Part shown: positions 62,876 to 64,000 of the stretch, in pieces
How the letters are laid out: every line of letters begins with the position of its first letter
Numbering within the stretch: position 1 is the stretch's first letter
Position numbers and translations under genes: made by a program
Origin: Paramoeba atlantica
Lineage: Eukaryota > Protista > Discosea
Reading direction: 5' to 3'
Assembly: GCA_977017575.1 (NCBI GenBank)
Contig: CDRNVI010000021.1
Coordinates: forward strand, 682,001-746,000
Length of the DNA stretch: 64,000 bases
The notes under the pieces: model-generated
Database searches by the model: none
The model's input: only the letters and a program-made list of their open reading frames with translations
Told to the model about the DNA's origin: nothing

Positions 62876-63260
62876 GAGCGGAGGTGGCGGAGTGGCAAGA
62901 ACTCAAAGTTTGAAGCACATGGTGCTCAGACGGCGAGTTCAAACTCGCTCATCGCAATATTCCTGGCGGCCTCACTCCAAGAGGCTGGGCTGATAACCGA
63001 CTAGGCCCAGTACTCGGAGGACCGTCCCGGACCCTCCCCTCAGGGAACCAGCTCCCTTACCATGCTTACACCTCTTGGGTAAGCCGTGTTGACGTACAGT
63101 TCGTCAACGCAGCGTGTTGGTAACAACACGTTGGTGCAGCCTTGGAAAAGCGGAAACTGGTAGAGGACGTCGGCCTCGGAACTTCTAAATCTGTCTGTGA
63201 AGGGCCTGGCTTGCCAGTGACCATCCGGAGCGATCCGGAATGATTTGGATTTTTTTTTTG
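62876..63260 (+). mobile_element. tRNA-derived SINE, family A, copy 2
   Basis: A box TGGCGGAGTGG, B box GAGTTCAAACTC, oligo(T) end; perfect 13-bp TSD GAGTGTTTCATTG at 62863-62875 and 63261-63273; removal restores Helitron frame VPYNETLTACVRCN. Confidence 0.92.
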
Positions 63261-64000
63261 GAGTGTTTCATTGTACGGAACGGTGATGGATCCCCGTTTA
63301 GTGTGTTGTGTCGGGTCCTGGTTGTTGCGCAGAAGCACAATCAGAGACCTTTCATCAAGTACTGGGCAAATGGTATCATTTTTAACCGACCGTGTTGGAG
63401 CCTTGAGCCGGAATTCCGGTTGTCCGGATTCATCCATCTTAACCTCAACCTCTCTAACTTCCGTTTCATTTTCATGAAGTACGGATGGAATGCCATATCG
63501 GCATTTGTTCTTGCTAATGTTTCCTTTCATTTTGAAACGCACGGGTCTGTGACCAACGTGCTGCTGAACATCAACAGCACATTTGGCCACATGTTCCCTG
63601 AAATAATCATCCTTTTCATCAGGAATGATATGTAGACCTCCGCGATACATCTTTGAGTAGTCGAGCGTTGCAGGTCCGTAAATCTCCTTACTGATCCTTT
63701 GCGCCCACTCGGGCAGATCAGCGCGCATCGTCGTACCCAAAGACTACCATCGTGCTCCTTCACAATGTGAATTAATTCGGAGACGTAATGTGGACTAAGA
63801 TTCGTCCATAGCACACTATGAAAGTGTAGCGCACCTCTTTTCTGGCATTCTACAACACCAAAAAATGCTCGAGGGCGACCAAAGAGGCCTTCAAGAACGT
63901 CACGTTCCTTCTTTACCTCATCTACATTCGACATTCCGTACAATTCGGTAAGAAGAGTACGGATTTGCCGTTCGAAAATGCTAGTGGATCTGACAGGATT

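Larger units (their letters stand above)
59570..64000 (-). mobile_element. Decayed Helitron (Helitron2/Helentron-like) Rep-helicase gene, frameshifted and split by two SINEs
   Basis: Rep motifs NPVRST..F, GVVECQKRGALHFHSVLW and YLIKYMSK; PIF1 helicase GGPGTGKS, APTGIAA, IIVDEVSMIS, YGGINMLYVGDFYQLRPV, AYTYHKVQG.TV, VAISRA. Pieces 63527-63943, 63066-63740, 62659-62898, 61201-62241, 61022-61453, 60220-61068 and 59570-60238. Confidence 0.9.

Noticed and set aside
62600-62960. Functional tRNA genes (the two tRNA-like heads, also ~59197-59284)
   Set aside because: Acceptor and anticodon arms do not pair properly, and each head is part of a longer TSD-flanked insertion, so they are SINE heads.

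Overview
Eukaryotic genomic DNA in two parts. Part one (~1-44 kb) is a compact, intronless, strictly + strand cluster of about 21 genes: MYST acetyltransferase, a possible NELF-A-like protein, MVD, four LRR genes, GPR89, a RING-H2 ligase, THOC2, SNF2-PHD, DBP8, eIF5B, a KKT2/3-like polo-related kinase, HOP2, RFC3, a PUB-ARH fusion, ELG1, eIF3a and an RCC1 protein. The layout and the KKT2-like kinase point to a kinetoplastid, probably a Perkinsela-like prokinetoplastid (inference). Part two (~44-64 kb) is a repeat and mobile-DNA island. It holds nested TA-flanked DNA transposon derivatives, a 27-bp satellite, a foldback element, an RTE-like LINE relic with RNase H, a tandem array of a ~0.94-kb hairpin-ended element, a decayed Helitron, and three tRNA-headed SINE insertions with 13-bp target-site duplications. 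Three signals stand out. (1) Five sharp C-rich to G-rich strand-skew inversions sit inside genes and look like bidirectional replication-origin footprints. (2) Two tRNA-derived SINE families share a central domain but have different tails, and one tail matches a retroelement 3' end at the window start. (3) The hairpin-ended tandem element next to the Helitron looks like a non-autonomous rolling-circle array. All family assignments come from motifs recognised by eye, with no database search.
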